Shown here in pieces: positions 40,946 to 49,542 of a stretch of DNA of 64,000 nt. Numbering within the stretch: position 1 is the stretch's first letter; the number at the start of each line of letters is the position of its first letter. The DNA is taken from positions 32,001 through 96,000 of the forward strand of contig JBPOGI010000002.1 in the NCBI GenBank assembly GCA_051251855.1, read 5' to 3'. Under the pieces are notes generated by a model, which worked only from the letters and a program-made list of their open reading frames with translations, had not been told where the DNA came from and searched no databases. Both the position numbers and the translations under genes were made by a program. The DNA comes from Roseibacillus sp. Its GTDB lineage: Bacteria; Verrucomicrobiota; Verrucomicrobiia; Verrucomicrobiales; Akkermansiaceae.

Positions 40946-42079
40946 TCAAGCGGAAGGGACGAGGGGCGGGCCCTCAGTGGTGTTTGTCCTTTTGTGGGGC
41001 TCCGAACGCACAAGAGAGCCGTCGTGAAAGGACGAAGGGAACTCTCGTTTCTGGAGGTCGAGGGGCCATTCTTCCCACCTGCCACCATGTGGATCCCGGA
41101 CTTTTAGGGGGAAGCCGTTGTCTAGAATATTCGCCCCGAGCTGCTTCATGAAGAAGGCGGTCTCGCTCTGCTGGCATTGTGATTGAATCGAGCGGGCCCA
41201 ATCGAGATCAAATGGTCGCGCGAGCTTGCCGCTTTCGCCACCCACGATGGCCCAGTCGATTCCTTGCAGATCGAGAGTGACGTCTTCCCGCAGGGGCTCG
41301 ATGCTGAGGCCACGAACTTTGGCAGGAACCTTTCTGAGGTCGGCGATTCGACTGGAGGTGGCTTGGCTGGTGATCGTGGTCATGGCCACAAGATTGTCGG
41401 GCCAGGTCTGACCTTGGGACTCAAGCCACTGAGCAAATTCGGCCATTCGCTTGGGACGCTTGGTCAACCATTGCCAGATGTGACGCTGGCCTTGAGGGCT
41501 GGTGACGCTGTCGATGACTTCGGTTTTCAGGTAGTCGAATCCAATGGACTTGGAAAGGGCGTCACCCATATCGGAGACGAAGATCAAGCGTGGTAGGTTG
41601 TCGAGCCAAGGTGAGCCTTTAGTCTTCTTTCCCCAGAGGTCGGGGAGCTTAGCAGCCTTCGCGATCCGCCCCGGGAACATCTCGGGGCGCTCGAAGATGG
41701 CGGCGTATCCTTTCACGGAAGGAATTGACCAATCGGAAGGTTTCCCTCCCCGATAGGCATGCAGAATGGCGGCATAACAGGTGAGGATTTGCTCGATTTT
41801 GTCGAGCCAGTAGTGGGCGGCGACGTCAGCAATCAGTCTTTCTAACTTGAGGGCGAGCTCGACTCGGTCGTGATAGATCTGGGTCGAGTATTGATAGGAA
41901 TTGATTGCCGTGCGAACGGCAGTCGTGATTGGCTCCTTCCCTTGTTTGGAGAGAGACAAAGCAAGGGCGATGAGTTCGGACTTTATCTTGGAAGGATTGG
42001 GCCACAGTTCACAACCATCACATCCCATGGAAGGATTGGCGGTGGTGTGAGTCCATTGAATTTTGGTGGTTAGGCTCAT
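40946..42079 (-). CDS. DUF5131 (phage Gp37/Gp68-like) protein
   Basis: TKIQWT, NPSMGCDGC, CYA, IFVSDMGD, QWLTKRP, LSIEPL, IDWAIVGGESG, FFMKQLG. Confidence 0.88.
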   Translation of the reverse strand: MSLTTKIQWTHTTANPSMGCDGCELWPNPSKIKSELIALALSLSKQGKEPITTAVRTAINSYQYSTQIYHDRVELALKLERLIADVAAHYWLDKIEQILTCYAAILHAYRGGKPSDWSIPSVKGYAAIFERPEMFPGRIAKAAKLPDLWGKKTKGSPWLDNLPRLIFVSDMGDALSKSIGFDYLKTEVIDSVTSPQGQRHIWQWLTKRPKRMAEFAQWLESQGQTWPDNLVAMTTITSQATSSRIADLRKVPAKVRGLSIEPLREDVTLDLQGIDWAIVGGESGKLARPFDLDWARSIQSQCQQSETAFFMKQLGANILDNGFPLKVRDPHGGRWEEWPLDLQKREFPSSFHDGSLVRSEPHKRTNTTEGPPLVPSA

Positions 42080-42085
42080 GGTGCT

Positions 42086-42853
42086 CTAGGTCTGGGGTCC
42101 AGGGGTGGGGAGGTCTTTGTTTTTGAGGAGGGTTTGCAGTTCGGCGATGGCCATATCGGCGACTTCGTAAGCTTCTTGGTCTCTCCGACTGCCTATCGAT
42201 TTGGAGAGTGCTGCCAAGAGAGAGGCGGTCACCCGTTGGACCTGCGCCTGGAGTTTGGGATCTCTTGTTGAGTCCTTGGCGGGATTGTCAGGAGAGAAAT
42301 GGTTGCTGATGGTCTCCACGTCAACGAGTGCGTCTTCGAGGGAGAGCTTGCGGGCGTCCGTTTTGCTTCCGTCGGCTAGAATTAGGGGAGAGGAGGCTGA
42401 TTCACGGGACTGACTTCTCCCTTGTTGAATCTGCTTGAGCCCATTCTCTTTCTTCTTGGCGTCCTTCTTTGCGAGGTGGGCCTGAATGCCTCCTATCGTC
42501 AAATCGGAAAGGTCTTCCGATTTGGCGTAGGCTTCCAAGCTGGGATAATTCTTGGTTTCCTCCCAGATGCGGATGTAGGTGCTCGCACTGCGGGGGTGGA
42601 TTTTCAGCTCCTCCCCAGTGTAATCCTCCCAAGTGCCATGAGGCTTAGACTCTTTGAGATCGGCAAGCAGTTCCCCCAACTCACGTGCGAGATGGAGGGT
42701 CTTGCTTCTCATAGAGCCGATGGTTTGGCTCAGTTCTCTGGCCTTGTTTTCTTTCTGAAGGGTTTTGGTGTTTTCTATTTCTGCATCCGTTGGCACCCGG
42801 TCTGGTGCGGGTGGGACGACCTGGGGGACAACTGGTGGGGTGTCGGGTTTCAT
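42086..42853 (-). CDS. DUF3102-like protein
   Basis: ELGELLADLKESKPHGTWEDY and RSASTYIRI motifs. Confidence 0.6.
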   Translation of the reverse strand: MKPDTPPVVPQVVPPAPDRVPTDAEIENTKTLQKENKARELSQTIGSMRSKTLHLARELGELLADLKESKPHGTWEDYTGEELKIHPRSASTYIRIWEETKNYPSLEAYAKSEDLSDLTIGGIQAHLAKKDAKKKENGLKQIQQGRSQSRESASSPLILADGSKTDARKLSLEDALVDVETISNHFSPDNPAKDSTRDPKLQAQVQRVTASLLAALSKSIGSRRDQEAYEVADMAIAELQTLLKNKDLPTPGPQT

Positions 42854-42927
42854 TTCTTTAGTTTGTTGTAGTTGGTAAAAAAATGGGGCGCAGGAAATGA
42901 ATCCCACGCCCCGTTGTTCTTGTTTCG

Positions 42928-43452
42928 TTATGCCGCATCAATCAATCGACCTAACTCGTTTTTCAGGCGGACTTTGTCTTCCAGACGGAGCCGACGTGCT
43001 TGGTTTAATACCGTCGCAAGATTCAGCTTTTGAGGCTTCTTCGTTCTTCCGCGATGGTCGGCTTTAGAAGCCGTTCGTCGCGGTTGTGGTCGCGTCACGC
43101 GTTCCCGAATCGGTGATGCCGGGTCAGGTGCTGAATCAGGGGTGTCAGCCCTCGGTTCTGGTTGCGTCTCCACGACCTCATCTTCCGAGCCAGGGGGGAG
43201 CTGCGTTGGAGTGGTATTGTCCTTCGGATGAAAGACGCTGGCCACTTGGGGAGTGTTCTCTAACACTTGCCTGATTTCCTCTGGGTTCACCAGATAAGGC
43301 TGACGCTCGCCTTGCTGTTCTTTTCTTACCTTATTGCCTTTGGCCCATCTCTTAACCGTGGATTCTGCGCAGCCGTATTCGGCGGCTACTTCTTTACAGG
43401 TAGCCCACTTTGTCTCTTGTGAGGCCGAAGCCTCTTCGTTGGTTGTGTTCAT
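42928..43452 (-). CDS. MerR/excisionase-like HTH protein with low-complexity linker
   Basis: TCKEVAAEYGCAESTVKRWAKGN. Confidence 0.65.
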   Translation of the reverse strand: MNTTNEEASASQETKWATCKEVAAEYGCAESTVKRWAKGNKVRKEQQGERQPYLVNPEEIRQVLENTPQVASVFHPKDNTTPTQLPPGSEDEVVETQPEPRADTPDSAPDPASPIRERVTRPQPRRTASKADHRGRTKKPQKLNLATVLNQARRLRLEDKVRLKNELGRLIDAA

Positions 43453-43572
43453 AATAAAATTCTAAAATAAAATTGAGGGCTCCTCAGATTCTGGGAGGAG
43501 CCCAGTTGGTTTTGAGAGCCCCCCAGCTGGGGCTCTTCGGACGGAATGTCCGATTGGAGGCGTTGCTCCATT

Positions 43573-45977
43573 GTTGGACGCTTCGGACACAACTTACGTC
43601 ATGTCCTCCGCAGAAACCCATCGGGCACCTCTCGATGCAATGGGCTTACTCCAGACGACACCACGCTTACGGATGACAATTCACATGAACGAGTTCTGGG
43701 ACGGAATTGCCGTCCCGAAGAGTGGAGACTTGCTGCATACCGTCGCCTGCTAAGAAGCGTCGTTTGCAGTGCGTGCATTTCCCGAGCTGACGCTTGAGAG
43801 ATGAGCGGTTAATCCCACTGGGTATATTTGGATAGGAAGAGGTTCGCCCCCCCCAGTAGTGCCAATCCCCATCAAAGTATGACCGGGAGATTTGCACCAT
43901 GGGAGGAGACCATGCGGTAGATACGTCAGCCACTTTAAAGAGTGTGACATGTTCACCTGCGGGCGACACGTAAGGGCTTTTAAAAACCCAACTGCGTTCC
44001 CGGTCTTCACCATCGCGTCTCTTCATCGGTTTGCCTTCCTTGTCGCGTTCAATCCCTCCGAAGAGGTTATCCCTGCGCCAAGCGGCGGTCTTATGTTTGA
44101 AGCTCCTACTTCCCCAATGGGAGAGGGCCACATAAATGCGATGATCGACCTTGCTGAATGTTCTCTTTGCATTGCAGTGGCGAAAGTAGTTCGCCCATCC
44201 AGCTTGCTTGGCATTTGTCCGACGGATCAAAGTAGAAACTTTGTCGTCTTGGCCTTTGGACATTTGGTGCCTATGTGCTCCTCTTTGCTTCTTGAGGATT
44301 TTAGTATTCTTGATGTAGCCCCTTATTTCGGTCAGATGGCGGGAGACGCTTTTATCTGAGGGAGTGACGATGAAATAGGGTGGTGTTCCTGGCTGTTTAG
44401 CCGGATCGTTGTATCTAGGCTTGCTGAAGTGTTGGAAGTGGAATCCGAGGAAGGTAAATCCAGCACGGTCTCCGTCCTCCGCTTTCTCAAGCGTGTGCCT
44501 AATTTTGGTTTTGCTAGGGTTCAGTGACAGACTGAATTTGCTGAGATATTCCACGAGGGCTATCTGCGCATCTTTGACGATGTCTTTGTCTTCGTGGAAG
44601 ACAAGGAGGTCGTCGGCATAAATAACCAACCCGGGTGTTGGACATCCTTTGGGGAGGATGAGCTTTTCGTTGATGAAATCGGGTAGCCCGGTCATCACGA
44701 TATTGGCGAGGAGAGGGCAAAGAGGGCCTCCTTGCGGAATGCCGTCTTCTTGTTCTCCATCAAGTGTCACCAGTATTCTGCTGACCGCCTTTCGGATCCC
44801 TCTGGTCGAGTCGATCTTTGCTATCAATGTCTCTCGGTCGATGGAGTCGAAAAATTTAGAAATGTCAGCGTCGAGGACCCACGAAGGGCGCTTCCTGAGC
44901 ATGTTCTCAATTTGTCGTCTGGCATCCTGCTGACTTCGCCCCTTTCTGAACCCGAACATGCGTTTGGGAAAGCGTGCTTCGCTCTGGGGTTCGAGCGCCA
45001 TCCGAATCAGTTCCTGGTGGGCTCTGTCGATCAGGTTAGGGATGCTCAGTTTGCGTTTTTCATTCGTGCCCGCCTTTGCGATCTCGGTGTATCGGGGCGG
45101 GGAAGGCTGGTGCTTTAGAGAGAGCGCGATTGCCATCTCGTAGCATGTTTCCTTGTTGGGATTTTTAAGTCTATCCGGTCCGGCCGTTTTGCGGCCGTTG
45201 TTTTGTAAGCAGACTTTGCGCACAGCCAGCGCGCGTGCGCTGAATGATCGCGTAAGTCGCTTTTGCAATCTTTGTGTTAAATGTGAATTTTCACCGTTTC
45301 GTGTGGCGTGATAAATGGCGCTTTGAATTGTGAAAGCTTCCTGTTGAAGCTCTTCCCAATCTAGCTTGTTCCAATTCTGTGCGGCCTGTTGCCGCGATGT
45401 TTTGTGGTTCATAGAATCGAAGACTGCCTTTTGGTCGTCTTTCCGCGAATTCAGCCTATCCCTTCGATTACCGAAGGGCATTCGCTTGGTCGCTTACCTA
45501 CCCGGGAAGGCATAAGGCTAGGTCCCATCCCTTGCGTCGCCGCGAGGGAAGCCAGTCCCGGTGTCCGAGTTTTCTTGAGGTCTGCGTATGCCGGAAGTCT
45601 TGCGTGCTCCACGCCGCGAAAAGCTCTAGCTGAAACTAGAAACCTGGCGGATAACTGAATCACACATCATCAGCTACAGGTAGGAAGGCATAAGGCCTTT
45701 CCTCTTTTCGGCATTGTTGTTACGACGCTCGATAACACGTTCGCTGTTCGCTCAACTCTTCCGGCGCAAGGTCTGCCCGCTACCCCCAGGATCGCTTCTA
45801 GTGCTAACCCGGAAGGGGCTTTCCTTCGCCTACCGCGCGGCGGCTATCGCGCTCCGTAAAAAGGGGCGTGATAGCTTACCTCAAGAACATCAAGTTCGGG
45901 ATTGGACCGGAACTTGTGGCTCTTTCCTCTTCCCCGACAGAATGCCGGCGAAGCTCCCAGAGCCAATCACGTCGCTT
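43573..45977 (-). mobile_element. Group II intron-like element (CL/IIB type), intergenic, with non-canonical ends
   Basis: DV AAGCCCATTGCATCGAGAGGTGCCCGATGGGTTT (43614-43647), DVI-like stem ending CCAAC, DIII-like GCGAATGCC..GTAAT..GGATAGG, DI elements, d3-like stem-loop 45652-45676; boundaries inferred. Confidence 0.75.
43667..45412 (-). CDS. Group II intron-type reverse transcriptase/maturase with degenerate HNH tail
   Basis: RVT_N (WNKLDW, LAVRKV, GRKTAGPD), VLDADISKFFD, GIPQGG, YADD, FTFLGF, X domain GWANYFR, CxxC and HVNCH; start ATG 45412. Confidence 0.92.
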   Translation of the reverse strand: MNHKTSRQQAAQNWNKLDWEELQQEAFTIQSAIYHATRNGENSHLTQRLQKRLTRSFSARALAVRKVCLQNNGRKTAGPDRLKNPNKETCYEMAIALSLKHQPSPPRYTEIAKAGTNEKRKLSIPNLIDRAHQELIRMALEPQSEARFPKRMFGFRKGRSQQDARRQIENMLRKRPSWVLDADISKFFDSIDRETLIAKIDSTRGIRKAVSRILVTLDGEQEDGIPQGGPLCPLLANIVMTGLPDFINEKLILPKGCPTPGLVIYADDLLVFHEDKDIVKDAQIALVEYLSKFSLSLNPSKTKIRHTLEKAEDGDRAGFTFLGFHFQHFSKPRYNDPAKQPGTPPYFIVTPSDKSVSRHLTEIRGYIKNTKILKKQRGAHRHQMSKGQDDKVSTLIRRTNAKQAGWANYFRHCNAKRTFSKVDHRIYVALSHWGSRSFKHKTAAWRRDNLFGGIERDKEGKPMKRRDGEDRERSWVFKSPYVSPAGEHVTLFKVADVSTAWSPPMVQISRSYFDGDWHYWGGRTSSYPNIPSGINRSSLKRQLGKCTHCKRRFLAGDGMQQVSTLRDGNSVPELVHVNCHP

Positions 45978-46064
45978 GAGTGAAAATTAAAAAATAGGAT
46001 ATGTTAAAGAACAGGGGACTGAAGAGCAGTGCTCTTTCAGCGGGCACTCGGGCCCTAGGTATTG

Positions 46065-46304
46065 TCACGCGTCGCCACCTTCGGCCTGACCATCGAGGTA
46101 AGACTTTAGGCTCTCAAAACACACCAGCCGTCGACCGGTTTTGTGCCCTTTCTTCTTCAGCAGCACCGACTTGATTTTTCGGTTGCCGATGAGCGCATAG
46201 AGGGTGGTTCGTCCGATTCCAAAAAGCTGAACAGCTTCCGGGATGCGGATGTAAACCGGGTCGCGATTGACCGTGGTGCTTTGTGTTGGTTCCGTCGGGG
46301 ACAT
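46065..46304 (-). CDS. Excisionase/AlpA-like HTH protein
   Basis: IRIPEAVQLFGIGRTTLYALI and GRRLV. Confidence 0.85.
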   Translation of the reverse strand: MSPTEPTQSTTVNRDPVYIRIPEAVQLFGIGRTTLYALIGNRKIKSVLLKKKGHKTGRRLVCFESLKSYLDGQAEGGDA

Positions 46305-46611
46305 GGCCAAAGCTGTCGTCGAATCGGAGGTGAATTCAATGGAGAAATGAGCGTGGAGTCCGGCTAACTACCGGATAAAACTGCTTTATCCTTTTTTATC
46401 TTTTCGGGTGGATGTGGCTAATTTTTAGTGGTTTGTGGCTCGGCCAGATTGGGGTTTTCTGATCGAACTCAAAAAGTGTGCCTGCCGGCTCTGAGTTCGC
46501 CGGAGATTGCCCTGTTAGAAACATTTTCCGCCACGCTTTGAGCAGATTGGGAGGGAGAGGAGGCTCGTGAAGCGGCTTACAAGGGGCGGTTGCACCGAGC
46601 TTCGTGGAGCT

Positions 46612-46660
46612 AAAAAAGTCTGCCGCAGGGGCACCATGTGGCACCCCGGCAGCAGACTTT
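46612..46660 (-). terminator. Intrinsic terminator after the DUF932 gene
   Basis: AAAGTCTGC...GCAGACTTT stem with a T-run on the minus strand. Confidence 0.6.
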
Positions 46661-46667
46661 GCTAGCT

Positions 46668-47474
46668 CTAATTTGCGATACCAACAAAGCCGTCGCAAAG
46701 GCCATGGAGAGCCTCGCTACGGCGCATTGTGGTTGCTGGATTTTGCTTCTTGTATGCCTCGGTAAAGGCGTTGAAGAGGCTCCACAGATTCCGTGGTCGG
46801 AATTCACCGTGCGATGGTTCACGCCATTCCTTGAGGACTTCAGGGAGCTGGCTTGGAGTGATTGCGTTGCAATCCACAGCTCGGACAACCATGTCGTGTG
46901 CCGCCCAATCGGCGACCAAGGCATTCTTGTATGAGTCGATGCGTTTGTCCAACTTCTCGAATCGGTCTCCGAGTTGCCCGATAGCGCCAGCAGTAAGCTC
47001 TCGTAGATCCCTGTAGGCGTGCCGGGTGTGTTTCCGGCTGATTTTCACCTCACCGCAAAAGGCGAGGTTGTCACAGGTGAAGACCGAGGTGCCAGCGACA
47101 ACGCCAGCAGGAAAGGTCTTATCATGACTATTTCGCAGGCCAACGACCCATGCATAGTCACGCTCATCTTGGCCGAATTGCTTAACTTCCATCACGCCGA
47201 AGTAGCGAGCGCCTTCGTGAGAGAGAGCATGGCTTTCTCGACCGATAGAAAAGCCACAACCTTCGAGCCTGCTTTGCACTTCCTCCAAAAGAGCACGGTG
47301 AGACAAGGGAAACCATGTGTCGGTTCCGCGAGGCGTCTTTACTCCGTAGAGGGTATTTCGGTCGACAAGGTCAGCACCGCAATGCAGCAGCATTCCTTTG
47401 ACTGGTTGTTCTGGGACAGGAGCGACGATGCTGAATGGAGTCGGCTCGCCGGTGGGTAGTGGTAATATGTTCAT
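46668..47474 (-). CDS. DUF932 family protein
   Basis: TWFPLSH, GLRNSHDK, VFTCDNLAF, RKHT, RNLWSLFNAFTE. Confidence 0.8.
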   Translation of the reverse strand: MNILPLPTGEPTPFSIVAPVPEQPVKGMLLHCGADLVDRNTLYGVKTPRGTDTWFPLSHRALLEEVQSRLEGCGFSIGRESHALSHEGARYFGVMEVKQFGQDERDYAWVVGLRNSHDKTFPAGVVAGTSVFTCDNLAFCGEVKISRKHTRHAYRDLRELTAGAIGQLGDRFEKLDKRIDSYKNALVADWAAHDMVVRAVDCNAITPSQLPEVLKEWREPSHGEFRPRNLWSLFNAFTEAYKKQNPATTMRRSEALHGLCDGFVGIAN

Positions 47475-47564
47475 AATTTTTGTTTTGTAGTTTTTAGAGA
47501 AAAGAAAAAGGGCGGCTTCGAAGTGAATCGAAACCGCCCTCATTTGTGTCGTGGTGCTAAGTGC

Positions 47565-48350
47565 CTAACAGGTGCTTTCAGCTCCCTGCCATTTCAGGCA
47601 CTCTTCGCGGTATGCGCACCACGAGCAGTGCATCCCGGGTTGTGGATGGAAGACCCCGTCCGCGATGCCTTGGACCGCAGTCTCAAGCATGGTGATCACG
47701 CGATGCTTCCGCGCTTCGTCGGCGGGCGGTGTGCTAATACGGATCACCGACGGTGTCTTCGTCTTCACAAGAAATACAAGATCGAGCGATGGCGGTTTTT
47801 CACCATTGGCCTCAAGCATGAGCTGGTAGCTCACGAGTTGAAGTTCATGATCGAAAACTGCCTGTGCTGGGTTCGGCTTAGAGGCAGCGGACTTAAAATC
47901 GACAGGCGTAAAGTCGCCCTCAACCAAATCCATCGCCCCCGTTAAAGGCACCGAGAGCCCAGGAATATCTTCCTTGAGAAAGACCTCCACCGCCTTTGGC
48001 TTTTTCTTCAACACTTCGGGGGAAGCGAGATAGGCAGAGATAACACGCTGACCATCAGCCATCGCTTTTTCACGCTTGGTCGAGTCGCCGAAGTTCATAG
48101 GGCCCTCGTCTTGCTCCAGTTGCAGAAAGGCCTCGTCGAAGGCCGTCGCTACGAATTCTGAAGAATCATCCTCGCCTCGCCATCTTGCTAGGTGGAAGGC
48201 TTGCAGAGCTGCATGAATCGCCTTCCCCAGATGGAGCGCAACCGAAGTCGGCTTCTTGATGTTCGCCACGCGCTCAAAGTAGAAGCGCAACGAGCAGCCT
48301 AAATACGATTTGGCTGCCGAGGGGCTAATGTATTCGGGAAGAGTTTGCAT
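47565..48350 (-). CDS. RecB/Cas4-like PD-(D/E)XK nuclease with four Cys (Fe-S type)
   Basis: ISPS and GCSL, GAMDL, VDFKS, QLVSY, HCSWCAYREEC. Confidence 0.85.
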   Translation of the reverse strand: MQTLPEYISPSAAKSYLGCSLRFYFERVANIKKPTSVALHLGKAIHAALQAFHLARWRGEDDSSEFVATAFDEAFLQLEQDEGPMNFGDSTKREKAMADGQRVISAYLASPEVLKKKPKAVEVFLKEDIPGLSVPLTGAMDLVEGDFTPVDFKSAASKPNPAQAVFDHELQLVSYQLMLEANGEKPPSLDLVFLVKTKTPSVIRISTPPADEARKHRVITMLETAVQGIADGVFHPQPGMHCSWCAYREECLKWQGAESTC

Positions 48351-48883
48351 CACGCTGCCCTTCTACGATTGCCCCCGGAATAAGCTGATTTGCTCCGGGG
48401 ATTTCCGCCGCCTTTTGGCTTTCCGCCATAGAGGTCCAGCAACTCGTCAATGAGTCCCGACGCCTCAAGCTTGTTCAGACGTTTTACTCCCGTGCCGAAG
48501 CGTTCGACCGCGAGGGCCTCGATGTCCTTTTTGTTCAGCTGGTTCTCGTCCACGATCTTGAGGATTAAGTCGCGCTGTTTTTCGGAACAGCTCCAGCCCG
48601 ATCTGCTTTGCCATTGGGTGATGTTTGTAGGCTCCAGATCAGAAGTCGCTTCCGATGCTGAAGAGGAATCCGGTTGGTCCATTCCATAAGTGGAATTCGG
48701 GACGAATCCTGTCTCCAGAATCTGCCGATCCACATTTTCCTGAAGCAAATGGTAGAGACTTTCAGACTCCTGTTCGAAGTCATCAGTTGTCATCAACTCC
48801 GTCTCGACTGAGACTGAGTATTGGTGTGAGGAGTAGCCCGGAAGTCCCAAGCGTTTTGAATAGTTTGCAATAAGTTTGATCAT
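48350..48883 (-). CDS. Hypothetical protein
   Basis: 177-aa ORF translationally coupled to the nuclease; SEKQ and EASGLIDELL helical tail. Confidence 0.7.
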   Translation of the reverse strand: MIKLIANYSKRLGLPGYSSHQYSVSVETELMTTDDFEQESESLYHLLQENVDRQILETGFVPNSTYGMDQPDSSSASEATSDLEPTNITQWQSRSGWSCSEKQRDLILKIVDENQLNKKDIEALAVERFGTGVKRLNKLEASGLIDELLDLYGGKPKGGGNPRSKSAYSGGNRRRAA

Positions 48884-49078
48884 AATTTTAATTGGTTGAG
48901 GTTAAATTGAATGGACTTAGCGCACCTGAGCTAGTCGGAACAGCAGTGTCACCACAACCGCTCCGGCTAACATTGGGAGCCAAAAGTCCGAAAAGACCGA
49001 GCAAGCCAACGCCACAAGCGAAAGCCATGCGAAGCCTTTGAGATAAGAAATCGGGTTCATGCGAAACGACGTTGAGGG

Positions 49079-49327
49079 TTAGTCCAACATGCGTCCCAAG
49101 ACACAAACTACCGAGGCTCCTAGCATCGCGAACCCAATCACTTTCAACCCGGAACCAACTGGCTCGGTATCAGTGACAGGGCGTGGTGGGGGAGGGGGCT
49201 CTTCTTCTTTACAAGAAGCACAAGCCAACACCGCCCCAGCAAGAGGAAGCAATAAAAGCCGACGTCGAAGCCGGCCTGAAAAAGAGCCCGCTGGACCCTT
49301 CCGAAGAAGAATAGAATGAGTAGTCAT
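49079..49327 (-). CDS. Small lipoprotein/membrane-like hypothetical protein
   Basis: Lipobox-like LACASC, Pro-rich linker, C-terminal TM helix. Confidence 0.5.
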   Translation of the reverse strand: MTTHSILLRKGPAGSFSGRLRRRLLLLPLAGAVLACASCKEEEPPPPPRPVTDTEPVGSGLKVIGFAMLGASVVCVLGRMLD

Positions 49328-49542
49328 AAGAATTTCAATGAGGTTAAAGCACAAAGAGCCCAGCATTATTGCTGGGCTCTTTGCAGAAGTGATTAAGGCT
49401 AAAACGCCTCTCTCAATTTCTTATGACACGTGAGAGGAGGGAATTGCACCGATCAGAGTCAGAACAGGAGTTTAAAGCCACGGAGTTAAGCTCCTCTGTC
49501 CAGAATTGACTAGTTTCCTGCTTCCGCTTTTACTCACTTGCA

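Noticed and set aside
43667..45977. Diversity-generating retroelement
   Set aside because: No TR/VR pair with adenine-specific mismatches was seen, and the RT architecture is group II intron type
45389..45983. Small ORFs upstream of the RT (45389-45658, 45451-45663, 45714-45983)
   Set aside because: Better explained as structured intron RNA; the translations show no motifs
47565..48350. CRISPR-associated Cas4 or a CRISPR array
   Set aside because: No cas1/cas2 and no regularly spaced repeat-spacer array seen in the window
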